From Parcubacteria group bacterium (GTDB lineage Bacteria > Patescibacteriota > JABMPQ01), in assembly GCA_013202585.1 (NCBI GenBank), contig JABMPQ010000038.1, forward strand, positions 1-53,391: a stretch of 53,391 nucleotides of DNA, in the 5' to 3' direction. A program made the position numbers and the translations under genes. The notes under the pieces are model-generated. The model worked only from the letters and a program-made list of their open reading frames with translations. It was not told where the DNA came from and ran no database searches. Shown in pieces: positions 15,203 to 27,384 of the stretch. Every line of letters starts with the position of its first letter. Positions within the stretch are counted from its first letter, which is position 1.

Positions 15203-18200
15203 TTAAGCTGCTATTCCTTTTCCTTCCCGATAACCGGTCCCACTAGGAATAAGCTTACCAATAATAACATTCTCTTTTAGGCCACGCAGTTTATCTGTTT
15301 TACCTACTATTGAAGCATCAATCAACACTCGAGAAGTTTCTTGGAAAGAAGCAGCCGATAGGAAGCTAGGAGTAGTTAAAGAAGCTTTAGTAACGCCCAA
15401 TAACAGTTCAGTAGCTTCTGGTGGTCGTTTGCCTTTTTTCTTCAGCTCATCTCGAGTAGCGTCGAAACGCACCCGATCCTCAATCGAACCAACTAATAGA
15501 TCACTATCGCCAGGATTTACTATTCTCACTCGAGACAACATCTGCCGAATAATAATTTCAATATGCTTGTCATTTACATCCTGACCTTGACTAGAATAGA
15601 TGAATTGTGTTTCTTTCAGAATATATTTCTGAACCCGCTCGCGACCGCCTACCTGAAATAAGTATTGTAAATCAAGCGTACCCTCAGTTAATTGCTGACC
15701 TTTGGCCACCACTTCACCTTTTTCTACCCAGAGAACAGTGTTGCTCGGTAATTCATATTCTTTTTCGTCTCCCCCTTCATGAACCACAGATAATTTATCA
15801 CCCTCAATTTTAACAAATCCGGCTTTCTTAGCTTTTATATCTTTACCCTTAGAATCTTGAGCAAGTACCGCATCTTTTTCCACTCGATCGCCATTCTTCG
15901 CTTTGGTTTTACCACCAGCAACATCATAATTGTCCTTTTTAACTTCAGTGGAAACAAGACGTAAAATTTTCTGATCTTTTCCTTCTTCAATATGAACTAG
16001 GCCATCGATATCAGCAATAACAGCTGGCTTTTTAATCCCACGGGCTTCAAATAATTCCTCTACTCGAGGTAGACCCTGAGTAATATCATCCTCGCCCGCT
16101 ACACCACCAGTATGGAAGGTACGCATCGTCAACTGAGTACCAGGCTCACCAATAGACTGAGCAGCAATAATACCGACTGCTTCTCCTATTCCCACTGGTG
16201 CATTCTGAGCTAGATCCCAACCATAACATTTCTGACAAACACCTTTACTCAAATTACAAGTCAACATTGACCTAATCTTGATATTATCTAGATCACTCTT
16301 GCCTATTTTTTCCGCTACGTGCCGATCTATCACTTCGTCTTTAGCAACCAGCTTCTTATTATTAAGAACAATATCAACCAAGGCTGTCCGTCCAATTAAA
16401 CGCGAGAAAAAGTCTTTACTCATATCCTCGCTATCTTGACGGTTCACTTCAATACCTCCCTTATCACCACAGTCTATTTTTGTGATTACAATATCTTGTG
16501 AAACATCAATTAAACGACGGGTTAGATAACCGGCGTTGGCTGTCCGCAGAGCAGTATCTGACAAACCCTTTCGAGCGCCATGAGTAGAAATGAAATATTC
16601 TAATACTCCTAATCCTTCTTTAAAGCTATTTTTAACTGGCAACTCAATGGTCTTCCCAGAGGGAGCCGCCATCAAACCTCTCATGCCAGACATCTGGACA
16701 ATTTGCGGCCAGCTACCACGAGCGCCTGACTCCACCATCATATATACCGGGCCATATTTATCCAAGGCGCCAACAGCCACCTCAGTTATTTCGTCCTTGA
16801 TCTTTGACCAAATTTCAATAATTTTGCGATATCTTTCTTCATCCGTCAGTAGACCCGACTTGTACTGTTGTCGGACTTCTTCTACCTGAGCACCGGCTTT
16901 TTTCATTAAGGCTGGCTTTTCCAATGGCACATGTAGATCATCCATACTCCAAGAGAGACCAGATTTAGTGAGGTACTTAAAGCCAATATTTTTTAAATTA
17001 TCAATAAACTCTACCGTCCGCTCCTGACCAAATTCCTCTAAACACTGCGAGATAATTTTGGTGACAGATTTTTTATCTAAAGTTTTATTAATAAACCACA
17101 TTTCCTTAGGCAAAATCCGGTTAAAAATAACTCTTCCAACACACGTCTCTATGATGTCTCCATTGATTCTTACTTTAATTTTAGCCCGGATATCAACTTG
17201 TTTGTTTTGATAGGCCAACAAAGTTTCTTCGATATCAGTAAAATACTTACCCTCACCTGTCATGCCCGGCTTGATGTTAGTCATATAATAACAACCGAGG
17301 ACGATATCTTGCGAAGCGGTGGTGCTTGGCACGCCAGTGGCGGGCTTCAACAGGTTGCTCTCCGCCGCCATCAATTCTTTGGCTTCTTTCCGCGCCATAG
17401 GGGTAATCGGCACGTGCGCCGCCATCTGGTCACCGTCAAAGTCAGCGTTAAAAGCAGCACAGACCATGGGATGAATCTGAATAGCCTTACCTTCGATCAA
17501 TCGAGGTTGAAAAGCTTGGATACTTAAACGATGAAGGGTTGGAGCACGGTTTAGTAATATGCGATGATCATGAATTACTTCTTCCAACATGTCCCAAATC
17601 TCTTCTTTGCCTTCTTCAATCAATCTGGTAGCCGAACGGACATTATAAGCCAGCTCGTTGGTAATAAGTTTATTAATAACAAAAGGTTTAAATAACTCTA
17701 AAGCCATGATCTTAGGAATACCACATTCGTGCAAACCTAAATTAGGTCCAACCACAATTACTGAACGACCAGAATAATCAACCCGCTTACCAAGTAAATT
17801 TTGGCGGAAGCGGCCCTGTTTTCCCTTGAGCATGTCAGCCAAAGATTTAAGTGGCCGTTTTTTGCCAGTTGAAGCAGCAGCAGCGTTACCATGACGAGCA
17901 GAGTTATCAATCAAAGCATCAACTGCTTCCTGCAACATTCTTTTTTCATTACGCCGGATCACTTCTGGAGCATCTAGCTCTATTAAACGTTTCAATCGAT
18001 TATTACGATTGATTACGCGACGATACAGATCATTTAGATCAGAAGCGGCAAAGCGACCACCATCTAATTGAACCATCGGGCGCAAATCTGGCGGTAGAAC
18101 TGGCACAACAGTCACCATCATCCATTCTGGCTTTATCTGAGCTCTAATCATACCTTGAAGCAAATTAACTCGTCGTTTGATTTTCTTGCTCTGGGAAGCC

Positions 18201-19009
18201 GGAACTTGCTTACTCTCAGATTCCAACTGCTTGGCCAATTTTTCCAAATCTATTTCTTCCAATAATTTCCGAATGGTTTCAGCACCAATGCCAGCCTGGA
18301 AAACTTGTCCATATTTTAGAGAAAGATCGCGATATTCTAGCTCAGAAATAATACTCATTTTCTTCAAATTCTTCAAAACAGATTTTTCTTGCTTGAAAAC
18401 TTTTTCCAGTTCAGCTATCTCTTTTTCTTGGTTCTTGTTAATCCGCGAAACATCGTCCTTGCCTGATTTACCTTTAGCCCCCTCTTTGGCACGAAGCTCA
18501 TTAATAAGATCTTTATATTTTTTATTAATACTCTTCTTTTTGGATTTATATTCACCGTCTAATGATTCCAGCGCTTGAGCCTTAGCATCCTCGTCCACAT
18601 TAGTAATGATATAATCAGCAAAATAGATAACTCGTTCTAATTTTTGGAAGGATAAATCTAATAATAAGCCAATCTTGGATGGTACTCCACGCAAAAACCA
18701 GATGTGTGAAACAGGAGCAGCTAGAGCAATATGTCCCATGCGATCACGCCGGACAATTGAACGAGTTACTTCCACCCCACACTTATCGCAGACCACTCCT
18801 TTATAACGAATACGCTTGTATTTACCACAATAGCATTCCCAATCCTTAGTCGGTCCAAAAATCTTCTCGCAAAACAAGCCGTCCTTTTCCGGACGCTGTG
18901 TGCGATAGTTAATCGTTTCGGGCTTTTTCACCTCACCATGAGACCAACCGAGAACAGTATCAGGTGACGCTAGACGTAATTTTATGGCTTTGAAGTCAGA
19001 TAAAATCAT
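15203..19009 (-). CDS. rpoC: DNA-directed RNA polymerase subunit beta'
   Basis: Zn-finger [20 protein letters not shown] and catalytic NADFDGDQM; full length 1268 aa. Confidence 0.98.
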   Translation of the reverse strand: MILSDFKAIKLRLASPDTVLGWSHGEVKKPETINYRTQRPEKDGLFCEKIFGPTKDWECYCGKYKRIRYKGVVCDKCGVEVTRSIVRRDRMGHIALAAPVSHIWFLRGVPSKIGLLLDLSFQKLERVIYFADYIITNVDEDAKAQALESLDGEYKSKKKSINKKYKDLINELRAKEGAKGKSGKDDVSRINKNQEKEIAELEKVFKQEKSVLKNLKKMSIISELEYRDLSLKYGQVFQAGIGAETIRKLLEEIDLEKLAKQLESESKQVPASQSKKIKRRVNLLQGMIRAQIKPEWMMVTVVPVLPPDLRPMVQLDGGRFAASDLNDLYRRVINRNNRLKRLIELDAPEVIRRNEKRMLQEAVDALIDNSARHGNAAAASTGKKRPLKSLADMLKGKQGRFRQNLLGKRVDYSGRSVIVVGPNLGLHECGIPKIMALELFKPFVINKLITNELAYNVRSATRLIEEGKEEIWDMLEEVIHDHRILLNRAPTLHRLSIQAFQPRLIEGKAIQIHPMVCAAFNADFDGDQMAAHVPITPMARKEAKELMAAESNLLKPATGVPSTTASQDIVLGCYYMTNIKPGMTGEGKYFTDIEETLLAYQNKQVDIRAKIKVRINGDIIETCVGRVIFNRILPKEMWFINKTLDKKSVTKIISQCLEEFGQERTVEFIDNLKNIGFKYLTKSGLSWSMDDLHVPLEKPALMKKAGAQVEEVRQQYKSGLLTDEERYRKIIEIWSKIKDEITEVAVGALDKYGPVYMMVESGARGSWPQIVQMSGMRGLMAAPSGKTIELPVKNSFKEGLGVLEYFISTHGARKGLSDTALRTANAGYLTRRLIDVSQDIVITKIDCGDKGGIEVNRQDSEDMSKDFFSRLIGRTALVDIVLNNKKLVAKDEVIDRHVAEKIGKSDLDNIKIRSMLTCNLSKGVCQKCYGWDLAQNAPVGIGEAVGIIAAQSIGEPGTQLTMRTFHTGGVAGEDDITQGLPRVEELFEARGIKKPAVIADIDGLVHIEEGKDQKILRLVSTEVKKDNYDVAGGKTKAKNGDRVEKDAVLAQDSKGKDIKAKKAGFVKIEGDKLSVVHEGGDEKEYELPSNTVLWVEKGEVVAKGQQLTEGTLDLQYLFQVGGRERVQKYILKETQFIYSSQGQDVNDKHIEIIIRQMLSRVRIVNPGDSDLLVGSIEDRVRFDATRDELKKKGKRPPEATELLLGVTKASLTTPSFLSAASFQETSRVLIDASIVGKTDKLRGLKENVIIGKLIPSGTGYREGKGIAA

Positions 19010-19057
19010 GGAAATTAATTTAAAATTGAAAATGTAAAATTAAAAACTGTAGGAAAT

Positions 19058-22000
19058 CTAGCCTTTCCTATTATCCTTGTCCTTACCTTTACTATAATCT
19101 TCACTGGTTTCACTGCCGATTAGATCAACATCTAGAACGAGACTTTTAAGCTCTTTCACCAAAACACCAAATGACTCTGGGATATTCGGCTTTCTAATAT
19201 TATCGCCCTTAATAATTGCTTCATATGTCTTCGAACGTCCCAAAACATCATCTGACTTGATAGTTAGCATTTCTTGCAATGTATGAGCTGCGCCGTAAGC
19301 TTCCAGAGCCCATACCTCCATCTCCCCAAAACGCTGACCGCCAAACTGAGCTTTACCGCCCAAAGGCTGCTGGGTAATCAACGAGTAAGGACCAATAGAG
19401 CGTTGGTGAATCTTGTCTTCTACTAAGTGATACAACTTCAAGACATACATGATACCAACTGTTGTTTGTTCGAGAAATTTCTCCCCGCTTTTACCATCGT
19501 ACAATTGCACTTGGCCATTTTCGGGAATACCGGCTTTAACCAGCTCCTGTTTAATCACCTCTTCGGGAATACCATCTAAGGCCGGAGTAGCCACTGTATA
19601 GCCGAGACGCTGGACAGCCCAGCCTAGGTGAGTTTCCAGAATCTGTCCCAGGTTCATACGAGAGGCCACGCCCAGAGGATTTAAAACAACATCAACTGGC
19701 GTGCCATCTTCCAAGTGAGGCATGTCTTCGGCTGGCACTACTTTAGAAATAACTCCTTTATTTCCGTGGCGGCCAGCTAGTTTATCACCTACCTGAATTT
19801 TACGCATTTGGGCAATAGAAACTTGAATAGTTTTAATAACACCCGTCGGCAACTTGTCGCCTGCCTCTCGGGAAAATATTTTTATGTCGACTACTTTACC
19901 CTGCTCACCATGCTCTAAATAAAGAGAAGAGTCTTTAACGTCGCGGGCTTTTTCGCCAAAGATAGCGCGCAGTAATCTTTCCTCAGCCGTTAATTCTGTC
20001 TCACCTTTAGGCGTAATTTTACCTACTAAAATATCACCCGATGATACTTCGGCGCCCAAACGGATAATGCCTTCTTCGTCTAAGTCTTTAAGTTTTTCCT
20101 CACCCACATTAGGAATATCGCGAGTGACGACTTCCGCACCAAGCTTAGTATCGCGGACATCAATGGCAAAATCTTCAATATGAATAGAGGTATAACGGTC
20201 GTCGCGTACTATCCGATCGGAAATAAGGATAGCATCTTCAAAGTTACCTCCGTGCCAAGACATGAAAGCCACTAAGACATTCTGACCGAGAGCCAGTTCA
20301 CCGTTGTCAGTAGCTGGTCCATCAGCAATCACTTCGCCTTTTTTCAATTTCTGCCCAATGTCTACTATCGGATGCTGATTAATACAAGTAGAAGTATTAG
20401 ATCGGAGATAATTATGCAATTTATAATTATCGACTCCTCCCTTATTATTTCTAATATCAATGTGATCACCATCAACTGCAATTACCTCGCCAGCTTCTTT
20501 GGCAGTTACAACCGCTCCGGAATCGATGGCCACCCGACTCTCTACTCCGGTACCAACTACCGGCGCCTGTGGTTTAACACAGGGGACAGCCTGCCGTTGC
20601 ATATTAGTACCCATCAAAGCTCGATTAGCATCATCGTTCTCTAAGAAAGGAATCAGGGAAGTGGCCACACTAATAATTTGCCGCGGGGAAACATCTAAAT
20701 ATTCGATTTTGCCAGTAGCTTCCATTGACGGTTCACCTTTCACCCGTACCTCTGCTCGATTATTAACAAAAAAGCCATCTTCACCGATCGGGGTAGTGGC
20801 GGGAGAAGTGACTGCTCGTTCTTCCTCAAAAGCATCTAAATAAACAATTTCATCAGTCACACGGGATTTTATTCGTATATCTTTAATGTCAAGCTTCTTT
20901 AATTTGCTAATATCACTCTGTTTGATAACATCACCTTCTTTAATGATGACCTTTTTCCCTTTAACATCTTTAATATCTTTGTAACTAATCTCACCAACTG
21001 CTTTATCAAGTTTATTTTTACTAATAGCTCGTAACACCTTGCGATAGGGAGTTTCAACAAAACCATATTCATTAATTCGTGCGTAAGAGGCAAGATGACC
21101 CACTAAACCAATATTAGGACCTTCCGAAGTAGCGATCGGACAAACTCGACCATAATGAGAAGAGTGAACATCACGGACATCAAAGCCAGCTCGTTCTCGC
21201 GATAGACCACCTGGCCCCATGGCTGATACTCGTCGCTTATGTTCTAGCTCGGATAAAGGATTAGTCTGATCCATGAACTGAGAAAGCTGTGAGGACATAA
21301 AAAATTCGCGAATTGAAGCGATAATTGGTCGCGCATTCACTAACTGGGTCGGGGTCATTGTTTCAATGTCAGCCGTACTCATCCGATCACGAGCAATCCG
21401 CACCATCCGAGTTAAGCCAACTCGCATTTTATTCTGCGCTAGCTCTCCCACTGCCCGCAAGCGCCGATTACCAAGATGATCAATGTCATCAGGTACTCCA
21501 GTAACAACATTAAGACGAATAATCTCCTTCATAATTGCCACCAAGTCTTCCCGCCGGAAAACACGATTCTTTTTATCAATCGGCACATCCATCCCCAAAC
21601 GCTGGTTAGCCTTGAAACGACCAACTTTGCCAAAATCGTAGCGGTCAAAATCAAAAAACATCGCTTCAATTAGTGAGCGAGCATTATCAGCCGTAGCTAA
21701 GTCACCCGGTCGAATTCGCTTGTAAACTTCAATTAACCCTTCATCTTGTGTTTTGGCGTCATCTTTTTCTAGGGTATTAGCAATGAATTTTTTATCCGGC
21801 AGAGTATCAACGTCGGCGAACATCTTCTTGATTTCTTCATCAGAGCCCAAACCAAACGCTTTCATTAAGGAAGTAGCAGCCACTTTACGTTTACGATCAA
21901 TTTTGACACTGATTACACCCTTAAGATCAGTTTCAAATTCCAACCAAGCACCACGGTTAGGAATTACCTTAGCGCCAAACAACTGTTCTCCTTTATTTAC

Positions 22001-22435
22001 ATTAGAAGTAAAAATAACACCCGGCGAACGAATCAGTTGACTAACTACTACTCTTTCCACTCCATTAACTATAAAAGTGCCTCGGTCAGTCATTAACGGA
22101 AATTCACCAAGATATATTTCCTGCTCTTTTAACTCGCCGGTCTCTTTATTAACTAACTGGACTTTGGCTTTGACGGCTGCTTCGTAGGTGGCGTTCTTAG
22201 ACTTGGACATCTCTTCGTCCATTTTCGGTTCGTCAATGATGAAGTCAGTGAAATTGAGTTCCAGCTTTTTTTCGGAAAAATCACGAACGGGAGAGATTTC
22301 AGCAAATAGCTCCATAATTCCTTCGCGTAAAAACCACTCGTAGGAATCAATTTGGATTTCGGTCAAAGGAGGTAAGTCAATGATCTCATGGCGCTGGGAG
22401 AAAAATTTACGAGGTAAACGTTTAGTAGAGGACAT
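19058..22435 (-). CDS. rpoB: DNA-directed RNA polymerase subunit beta
   Basis: Conserved blocks [28 protein letters not shown] and [18 protein letters not shown]; 1125 aa. Confidence 0.98.
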   Translation of the reverse strand: MSSTKRLPRKFFSQRHEIIDLPPLTEIQIDSYEWFLREGIMELFAEISPVRDFSEKKLELNFTDFIIDEPKMDEEMSKSKNATYEAAVKAKVQLVNKETGELKEQEIYLGEFPLMTDRGTFIVNGVERVVVSQLIRSPGVIFTSNVNKGEQLFGAKVIPNRGAWLEFETDLKGVISVKIDRKRKVAATSLMKAFGLGSDEEIKKMFADVDTLPDKKFIANTLEKDDAKTQDEGLIEVYKRIRPGDLATADNARSLIEAMFFDFDRYDFGKVGRFKANQRLGMDVPIDKKNRVFRREDLVAIMKEIIRLNVVTGVPDDIDHLGNRRLRAVGELAQNKMRVGLTRMVRIARDRMSTADIETMTPTQLVNARPIIASIREFFMSSQLSQFMDQTNPLSELEHKRRVSAMGPGGLSRERAGFDVRDVHSSHYGRVCPIATSEGPNIGLVGHLASYARINEYGFVETPYRKVLRAISKNKLDKAVGEISYKDIKDVKGKKVIIKEGDVIKQSDISKLKKLDIKDIRIKSRVTDEIVYLDAFEEERAVTSPATTPIGEDGFFVNNRAEVRVKGEPSMEATGKIEYLDVSPRQIISVATSLIPFLENDDANRALMGTNMQRQAVPCVKPQAPVVGTGVESRVAIDSGAVVTAKEAGEVIAVDGDHIDIRNNKGGVDNYKLHNYLRSNTSTCINQHPIVDIGQKLKKGEVIADGPATDNGELALGQNVLVAFMSWHGGNFEDAILISDRIVRDDRYTSIHIEDFAIDVRDTKLGAEVVTRDIPNVGEEKLKDLDEEGIIRLGAEVSSGDILVGKITPKGETELTAEERLLRAIFGEKARDVKDSSLYLEHGEQGKVVDIKIFSREAGDKLPTGVIKTIQVSIAQMRKIQVGDKLAGRHGNKGVISKVVPAEDMPHLEDGTPVDVVLNPLGVASRMNLGQILETHLGWAVQRLGYTVATPALDGIPEEVIKQELVKAGIPENGQVQLYDGKSGEKFLEQTTVGIMYVLKLYHLVEDKIHQRSIGPYSLITQQPLGGKAQFGGQRFGEMEVWALEAYGAAHTLQEMLTIKSDDVLGRSKTYEAIIKGDNIRKPNIPESFGVLVKELKSLVLDVDLIGSETSEDYSKGKDKDNRKG

Positions 22436-22481
22436 TTTTTGCGTCTTAAGAAGTTATAAATTCAGGGGATAGTGCCCTGTT

Positions 22482-22529
22482 TTAAGGGACTGTTACCGAA
22501 TGTGCTTTCGCTCGGTAATAGACCCTTAA
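22482..22529 (-). promoter_or_regulatory. hairpin in the long AT-rich rpoB upstream region (possible leader structure)
   Basis: ttaaggg (22482..22488) / cccttaa (22523..22529) plus inner ttaccga (22493..22499) / tcggtaa (22512..22518). Confidence 0.3.
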
Positions 22530-22870
22530 GTAACAAAATCGAGACGTAACCAAATAAAACAAAAGACTCTTTCCAGTTAAAGAATGAGTTTTTGCCTACT
22601 TAGGAGGTCTTAGCCAACGTAATTAATTTTCATAAGCTTATCCTAGCAGTTTTTGTTAAGGCGTCAAGGGAATTTTGGGGATTTAGTAAGTGATCTCTTG
22701 CTGTATACATCCTGTAGACAATTTGATGCAAAATAGAACCCAAAAGGGCATAATTTCCTTATTTTAAGCCTAAAAGTGATAAAAAGGGCAAAATCTCTTT
22801 ACTTTTCGGCTAAAATGAGGTACATTATAGATACTCAGAACCTTGAAAAAACCAGCTTTGGAGGCTGAAA

Positions 22871-23392
22871 ATGGATAAGCTTATTGTTTGTGCGTCGTTT
22901 CTGGCTCTTTTTCTCGTCGCCTGCGGTGGTGAGATCGACACTGGTTCTGAACCAGTGTCGGAGCCCACCTCGCCCCCTCAGTACGCGACCGATCCGGACG
23001 GGGGATCCAGCCAGCCCGAGCCTGACGCCGGACCCGAATACGCGAAGTTCGGGCAACCCTGCGACGGCACAACGATCCGTTGTACCGGCAACTTTGTCTG
23101 CACCGACTACGGCTACTGCAGCTTCCAAAGTTGCAGCAGTTGCAACCAGTCGGATATGTTTCCCTGGCTGAAAGGAACTAAGACGGGCTATTGCTTGTCT
23201 AGCACTTGGCTAGGTGGGGTCTGTGGGTATACCTGCAAGGAAGAGGACTTCTATGGGAAATCCGAAACCTGGCCTTGCCCAATCGGGTTGGCCTGCAAGT
23301 ACAAACACGGCCCCTATTCGGCCTCCGGCTCGATAAAGTACCTCTGGTTCTGCATCAATCCAACCTACCCCGTTCCGTCGCCAACCTCCTGA
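22871..23392 (+). CDS. GC-rich ORFan: Cys-rich secreted lipoprotein
   Basis: Lipobox signal MDKLIVCASFLALFLVAC|GG, a Pro/acidic linker, then about 18 Cys. SD ggagg lies 6 nt upstream of the ATG. Overlapping ORFs in other frames look like GC-shadow ORFs. Confidence 0.7.
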   Translation: MDKLIVCASFLALFLVACGGEIDTGSEPVSEPTSPPQYATDPDGGSSQPEPDAGPEYAKFGQPCDGTTIRCTGNFVCTDYGYCSFQSCSSCNQSDMFPWLKGTKTGYCLSSTWLGGVCGYTCKEEDFYGKSETWPCPIGLACKYKHGPYSASGSIKYLWFCINPTYPVPSPTS

Positions 23393-23431
23393 CTCCTCTC
23401 CCGCTCCTTCGCCCTCTCTCCCCACGCCATA

Positions 23432-23459
23432 GGTATGCAATCCGCGTACCTCTTTTTTT
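23432..23459 (+). terminator. rho-independent terminator after the lipoprotein ORF
   Basis: ggtatgc-aatcc-gcgtacc (7 bp including one G-U), followed by tcttttttt. Confidence 0.6.
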
Positions 23460-23553
23460 ACTCTCTACCCTTGCCTCCCGCTCGATTAAACGCTATACTG
23501 GATGCTAGCTGTGTTCGCTATCCCCACTTATCTAAATACCTCTAAACTCAATC

Positions 23554-26385
23554 ATGGCCAACAAAATCTCGATTAAAAACGCTCGGGTTCACAATTTAAA
23601 AAACATCAGCTTAGACATTCCTCGCGACAAACTAGTAGTTATCACTGGCCTCTCTGGTTCCGGTAAATCCTCTCTGGCTTTTGACGCTCTCTACGCTGAA
23701 GGTCAACGTCGCTACGTAGAAAGCCTCTCTACCTACGCTCGTCAATTTCTCGATGTGATGGAAAAGCCAGACGTTGAGCAAATAACCGGACTTTCGCCGA
23801 CGATTGCGATTGATCAAAAAAATGTGGCGCGTAATCCCCGTTCCACTGTTGGCACTATCACCGAAATTTATGACCACCTTCGGTTACTCTACGCTCGTCT
23901 CGGCCAGCCCCACTGCCCCCAATGCCAACAACCGGTAACCAGGCAATCCGTCAAACAGATCATTTGCCAAATTAAAAAACAAGCAGCTAACTCATCATTT
24001 TATATCCTCGCGCCTCTCATCCGCGAACAAAAAGGACAACACCGGAATATTATTACTGGTATTGCCAACGCCGGCTACTCTCACCTCCGTTTGGATGGTG
24101 TTTTTTATGACGTCAAAGAGGCAACTGATATCAAAATTGACAACCGGGAACCGCACACTATTGAAATCGTTATTAATCAATTTGATAAAGGTAAAGTTGA
24201 CGACGCTCACCTAGCTAGCATTGTAGAAACAGCTCTGGAACTCGGCAATGGACTGGTCGCTGTTCATTCAATAGAAAAAAAGGAAGATGTACTATACAGC
24301 CAATTATTTAATTGCTCGCGTTGCAATGTTAACATCTCCGAATTAGATCCCCGACACTTTTCTTTTAACAGTCCCTACGGTGCTTGTCCCAAATGTTCCG
24401 GCCTCGGCACCAAGCTCGAAGTTGATCCTGATTTGATTATTCCTAATGAAAAACTGACTTTAGCGCAAGGAGCCATCCGCCCTTGGTCTAGTTCCGCCGC
24501 TGGTCAACAGAATAAATATCTGGATATTTTAGAAGCGCTGACTGATAAGTATGACTTTTCCTTGCATACTATGGTAAAGGATCTGGCGCCAGCTGATTTG
24601 GAAAAGATATTATCCGGCACTAAAAAAGAAACTATCAAGGTGCGCGACGAGTCCGGTCAAGAAAAATCAATCAAATTTAAGGGGGTGCTACAAGATTTGG
24701 CTGATCAGTACCGCCAGACAGATTCCGACTACATTCGCAGTGAAATTGAACGCTACATGCGAGTCAAACAATGTCCAACTTGCCAGGGCAAAAGATTAAA
24801 TGAAATTGCTTTAGGAGTCACGGTCGCCGGACAGACTATTGATTCCATTACTAGCCTAACTATTGCTAAAGCCTTAACTTTTTTTAAACAACTTCCCCAC
24901 ACTAAACAATTTACAGCCAGAGAAAAAAAGATCACCAGCCAAATTTTTCAGGAAATTATCAGTCGATTAAATTTTCTCCAAGATGTGGGTTTGGAATATC
25001 TGACTCTTGACCGAGGAGCAAACTCACTAGCAGGTGGCGAAGCGCAAAGAATCAAATTAGCTACCCAAATTGGCCTGGGCTTGGTCGGTATTATTTACGT
25101 TCTCGATGAGCCTTCGATTGGCTTACACCAAAGAGATGTGGCTAAACTCATTTCCACTTTGAAAGAACTACGCGACCTCCATAATTCAGTGATTGTCGTT
25201 GAACACGACACTAGCACTATCTTGGCGGCTGATCACGTTATTGATATTGGCCCCGGAGCTGGGAAATACGGCGGCGAGGTTATTTTTACCGGCACTCCTA
25301 GCCAGTTGAAAAAACACTCTAAATCGCTGACTGGTCAGTATCTAGCCGCTAAGAAAAAAATAGCTGTCCCTAGTAAGCATCGTCCGGGCAATGACAAAAA
25401 AATCACCATTAAAAAGGCAGCGGAATATAATTTAAAAGATGTTACTGTTGACATCCCCTTAGCTAAGCTGGTCTGTGTCACCGGTGTCTCCGGTTCTGGC
25501 AAAAGTACTCTGATCGATGATGTTCTGGGACGGGCTTTATCACACAAATTCCACCGCGCTAAGGCTCTGCCTGGTAAACACGAGAGCATTACTGGCCTGG
25601 AACACATCAACAAAGTCGTTCGCATCGACCAGTCACCTATTGGCCGCACTCCCCGCTCTAACCCCGCCACTTATACTGGAATGTTCAATTATATCCGCGA
25701 TCTTTTTGCCCAGACTCCCGAAGCAAAGATGCATGGCTACAAAGCGGGCAAATTCAGCTTTAACGTTAGAGGAGGACGCTGTGAGGCCTGTCAAGGAGAT
25801 GGTTTTGTTAAAATCGACATGAACTTCCTGGCTGATGTCTATGTAGAATGTGACGAGTGTCATGGCAAGCGCTACGGTCAAGAGACTCTGGAAATTCACT
25901 ACAGAGGCAAAAACATCGCTGAGGTTTTGGCAATGACAATTAACGAAGCGCTTACCTTCTTTAGCACTACCCCATCTATCAAGCAGAAGCTTAAAACGCT
26001 ACAAAATGTGGGACTGGGTTATCTCCAGCTTGGTCAACCAGCTACCACTCTCTCCGGTGGGGAAGCGCAAAGGATTAAGTTGGCTACCGAGCTTTCTCGT
26101 CGGGCTACTGGTAAAACGCTTTATATCCTCGATGAGCCTACAACTGGCCTACATTTCGATGATATCAAAAAACTACTGGGTGTACTCAATAAGTTAGTCG
26201 ACGCCAGTAACACTGTCTTGGTAATTGAGCATAATCTCGACGTTATTAAGTGTGCTGATTGGGTAATTGACCTGGGGCCAGAAGGAGGCGCCAAGGGTGG
26301 TTACGTGGTAGCGGAAGGGACGCCCCGCGAAATTACTAAATGCGAAAAATCGTATACGGGGAAATATCTTAAAAAGTGTCTGTAA
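23554..26385 (+). CDS. uvrA: excinuclease ABC subunit A
   Basis: Two ABC ATPase modules ([24 protein letters not shown]), Zn-finger Cys clusters, [12 protein letters not shown] twice. Confidence 0.98.
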   Translation: MANKISIKNARVHNLKNISLDIPRDKLVVITGLSGSGKSSLAFDALYAEGQRRYVESLSTYARQFLDVMEKPDVEQITGLSPTIAIDQKNVARNPRSTVGTITEIYDHLRLLYARLGQPHCPQCQQPVTRQSVKQIICQIKKQAANSSFYILAPLIREQKGQHRNIITGIANAGYSHLRLDGVFYDVKEATDIKIDNREPHTIEIVINQFDKGKVDDAHLASIVETALELGNGLVAVHSIEKKEDVLYSQLFNCSRCNVNISELDPRHFSFNSPYGACPKCSGLGTKLEVDPDLIIPNEKLTLAQGAIRPWSSSAAGQQNKYLDILEALTDKYDFSLHTMVKDLAPADLEKILSGTKKETIKVRDESGQEKSIKFKGVLQDLADQYRQTDSDYIRSEIERYMRVKQCPTCQGKRLNEIALGVTVAGQTIDSITSLTIAKALTFFKQLPHTKQFTAREKKITSQIFQEIISRLNFLQDVGLEYLTLDRGANSLAGGEAQRIKLATQIGLGLVGIIYVLDEPSIGLHQRDVAKLISTLKELRDLHNSVIVVEHDTSTILAADHVIDIGPGAGKYGGEVIFTGTPSQLKKHSKSLTGQYLAAKKKIAVPSKHRPGNDKKITIKKAAEYNLKDVTVDIPLAKLVCVTGVSGSGKSTLIDDVLGRALSHKFHRAKALPGKHESITGLEHINKVVRIDQSPIGRTPRSNPATYTGMFNYIRDLFAQTPEAKMHGYKAGKFSFNVRGGRCEACQGDGFVKIDMNFLADVYVECDECHGKRYGQETLEIHYRGKNIAEVLAMTINEALTFFSTTPSIKQKLKTLQNVGLGYLQLGQPATTLSGGEAQRIKLATELSRRATGKTLYILDEPTTGLHFDDIKKLLGVLNKLVDASNTVLVIEHNLDVIKCADWVIDLGPEGGAKGGYVVAEGTPREITKCEKSYTGKYLKKCL

Positions 26386-26388
26386 AAC

Positions 26389-27384
26389 ATGGCTGGGTTA
26401 GCTAGTATGGACAACCAAGCTGATTTAGAAAAGGCGATTCTGTCAACGATTGTCTATTTTGATATGTTCGATTATCCGCTGACGGCGACGGAGATTTGGC
26501 AGGGGTTGTATTGGGAGATGAGAGATGGAAGATCTAAGATTTTAGATTATTCAATTGCAGATATTATAGAATGCTTGGAAAATAGTAACAAAATAAAAAG
26601 TCTGGCCGATAATAAAAACGGCTTCTATTTTCGGCGCGGGCGAGAGGAGATAATCCAAACTAGGCACCAACGATATCTGATCGGTCAGTCCAAGTGGCAA
26701 CGGGCGCAACGAATAACTAAGACATTACGCCTCGTGCCCTTTATACGCATGATCGCTGTTTGTAATAAAATTGCTTACAACAACGCCGGCGATGACAGTG
26801 ACATTGATCTCTTTATTATTATCAAGCCTGGCCGAATTTGGACAACTAGAACGTTAGTTACTATTATTACTGGTTTACTTGGAGTTAGACGGCACGGTCG
26901 CAAAATAAAAGACCGAGTGTGCTTGAGCTTTTATATCACGGGGAAGGCGATGAATTTGGAAAAATTATCGGCGACCAAGCCGGACACGCATTTTATGTAC
27001 TGGATAACCCAGATCGCCCCTATTTTTAGCCTAAATGAGACTGCTACGGCTTTTTGGCAAGCTAATAAGTGGATTAAAAACCATCTACCTAACTTTACTT
27101 CTTACCAGGGGGTTGACTACCAACGTCAGATTATTGATAGCCAGCTGACAAGCTTCGTGCGCCAGACAGCAGAAAAAATACTATCCGGTGGCCTAGGAAA
27201 TATTATCGAGCGTAAACTAAAAAAACTCCAACTAAAAAAAATGAGCGCTAAAACCAATAGCGCTCGTTGGAAAAATAATACCAATGTGGTTGTATCAGAT
27301 AATATTTTGAAATTTCACGAGCGGGATGCACGGATGGAATTGCGACGGGAATTTTTAACTAGACTGAAAGACATTTACGGCTAG
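26389..27384 (+). CDS. hypothetical protein with a putative Pol-beta-type nucleotidyltransferase core
   Basis: G(D)DSDIDLFIII pattern typical of the minimal NTase fold. No further recognisable motifs. Starts 3 nt after uvrA. Confidence 0.5.
   Translation: MAGLASMDNQADLEKAILSTIVYFDMFDYPLTATEIWQGLYWEMRDGRSKILDYSIADIIECLENSNKIKSLADNKNGFYFRRGREEIIQTRHQRYLIGQSKWQRAQRITKTLRLVPFIRMIAVCNKIAYNNAGDDSDIDLFIIIKPGRIWTTRTLVTIITGLLGVRRHGRKIKDRVCLSFYITGKAMNLEKLSATKPDTHFMYWITQIAPIFSLNETATAFWQANKWIKNHLPNFTSYQGVDYQRQIIDSQLTSFVRQTAEKILSGGLGNIIERKLKKLQLKKMSAKTNSARWKNNTNVVVSDNILKFHERDARMELRREFLTRLKDIYG

Noticed and set aside
15607-22350. Numerous 60-130-aa ORFs antisense or out of frame within rpoC and rpoB (for example 16590..16889, 17198..17527, 18177..18578, 20499..20843, 21753..22040)
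   Set aside because: They lie entirely inside strongly supported, highly conserved genes. They have low-complexity or odd composition and no start or termination signals, so I treat them as shadow ORFs.
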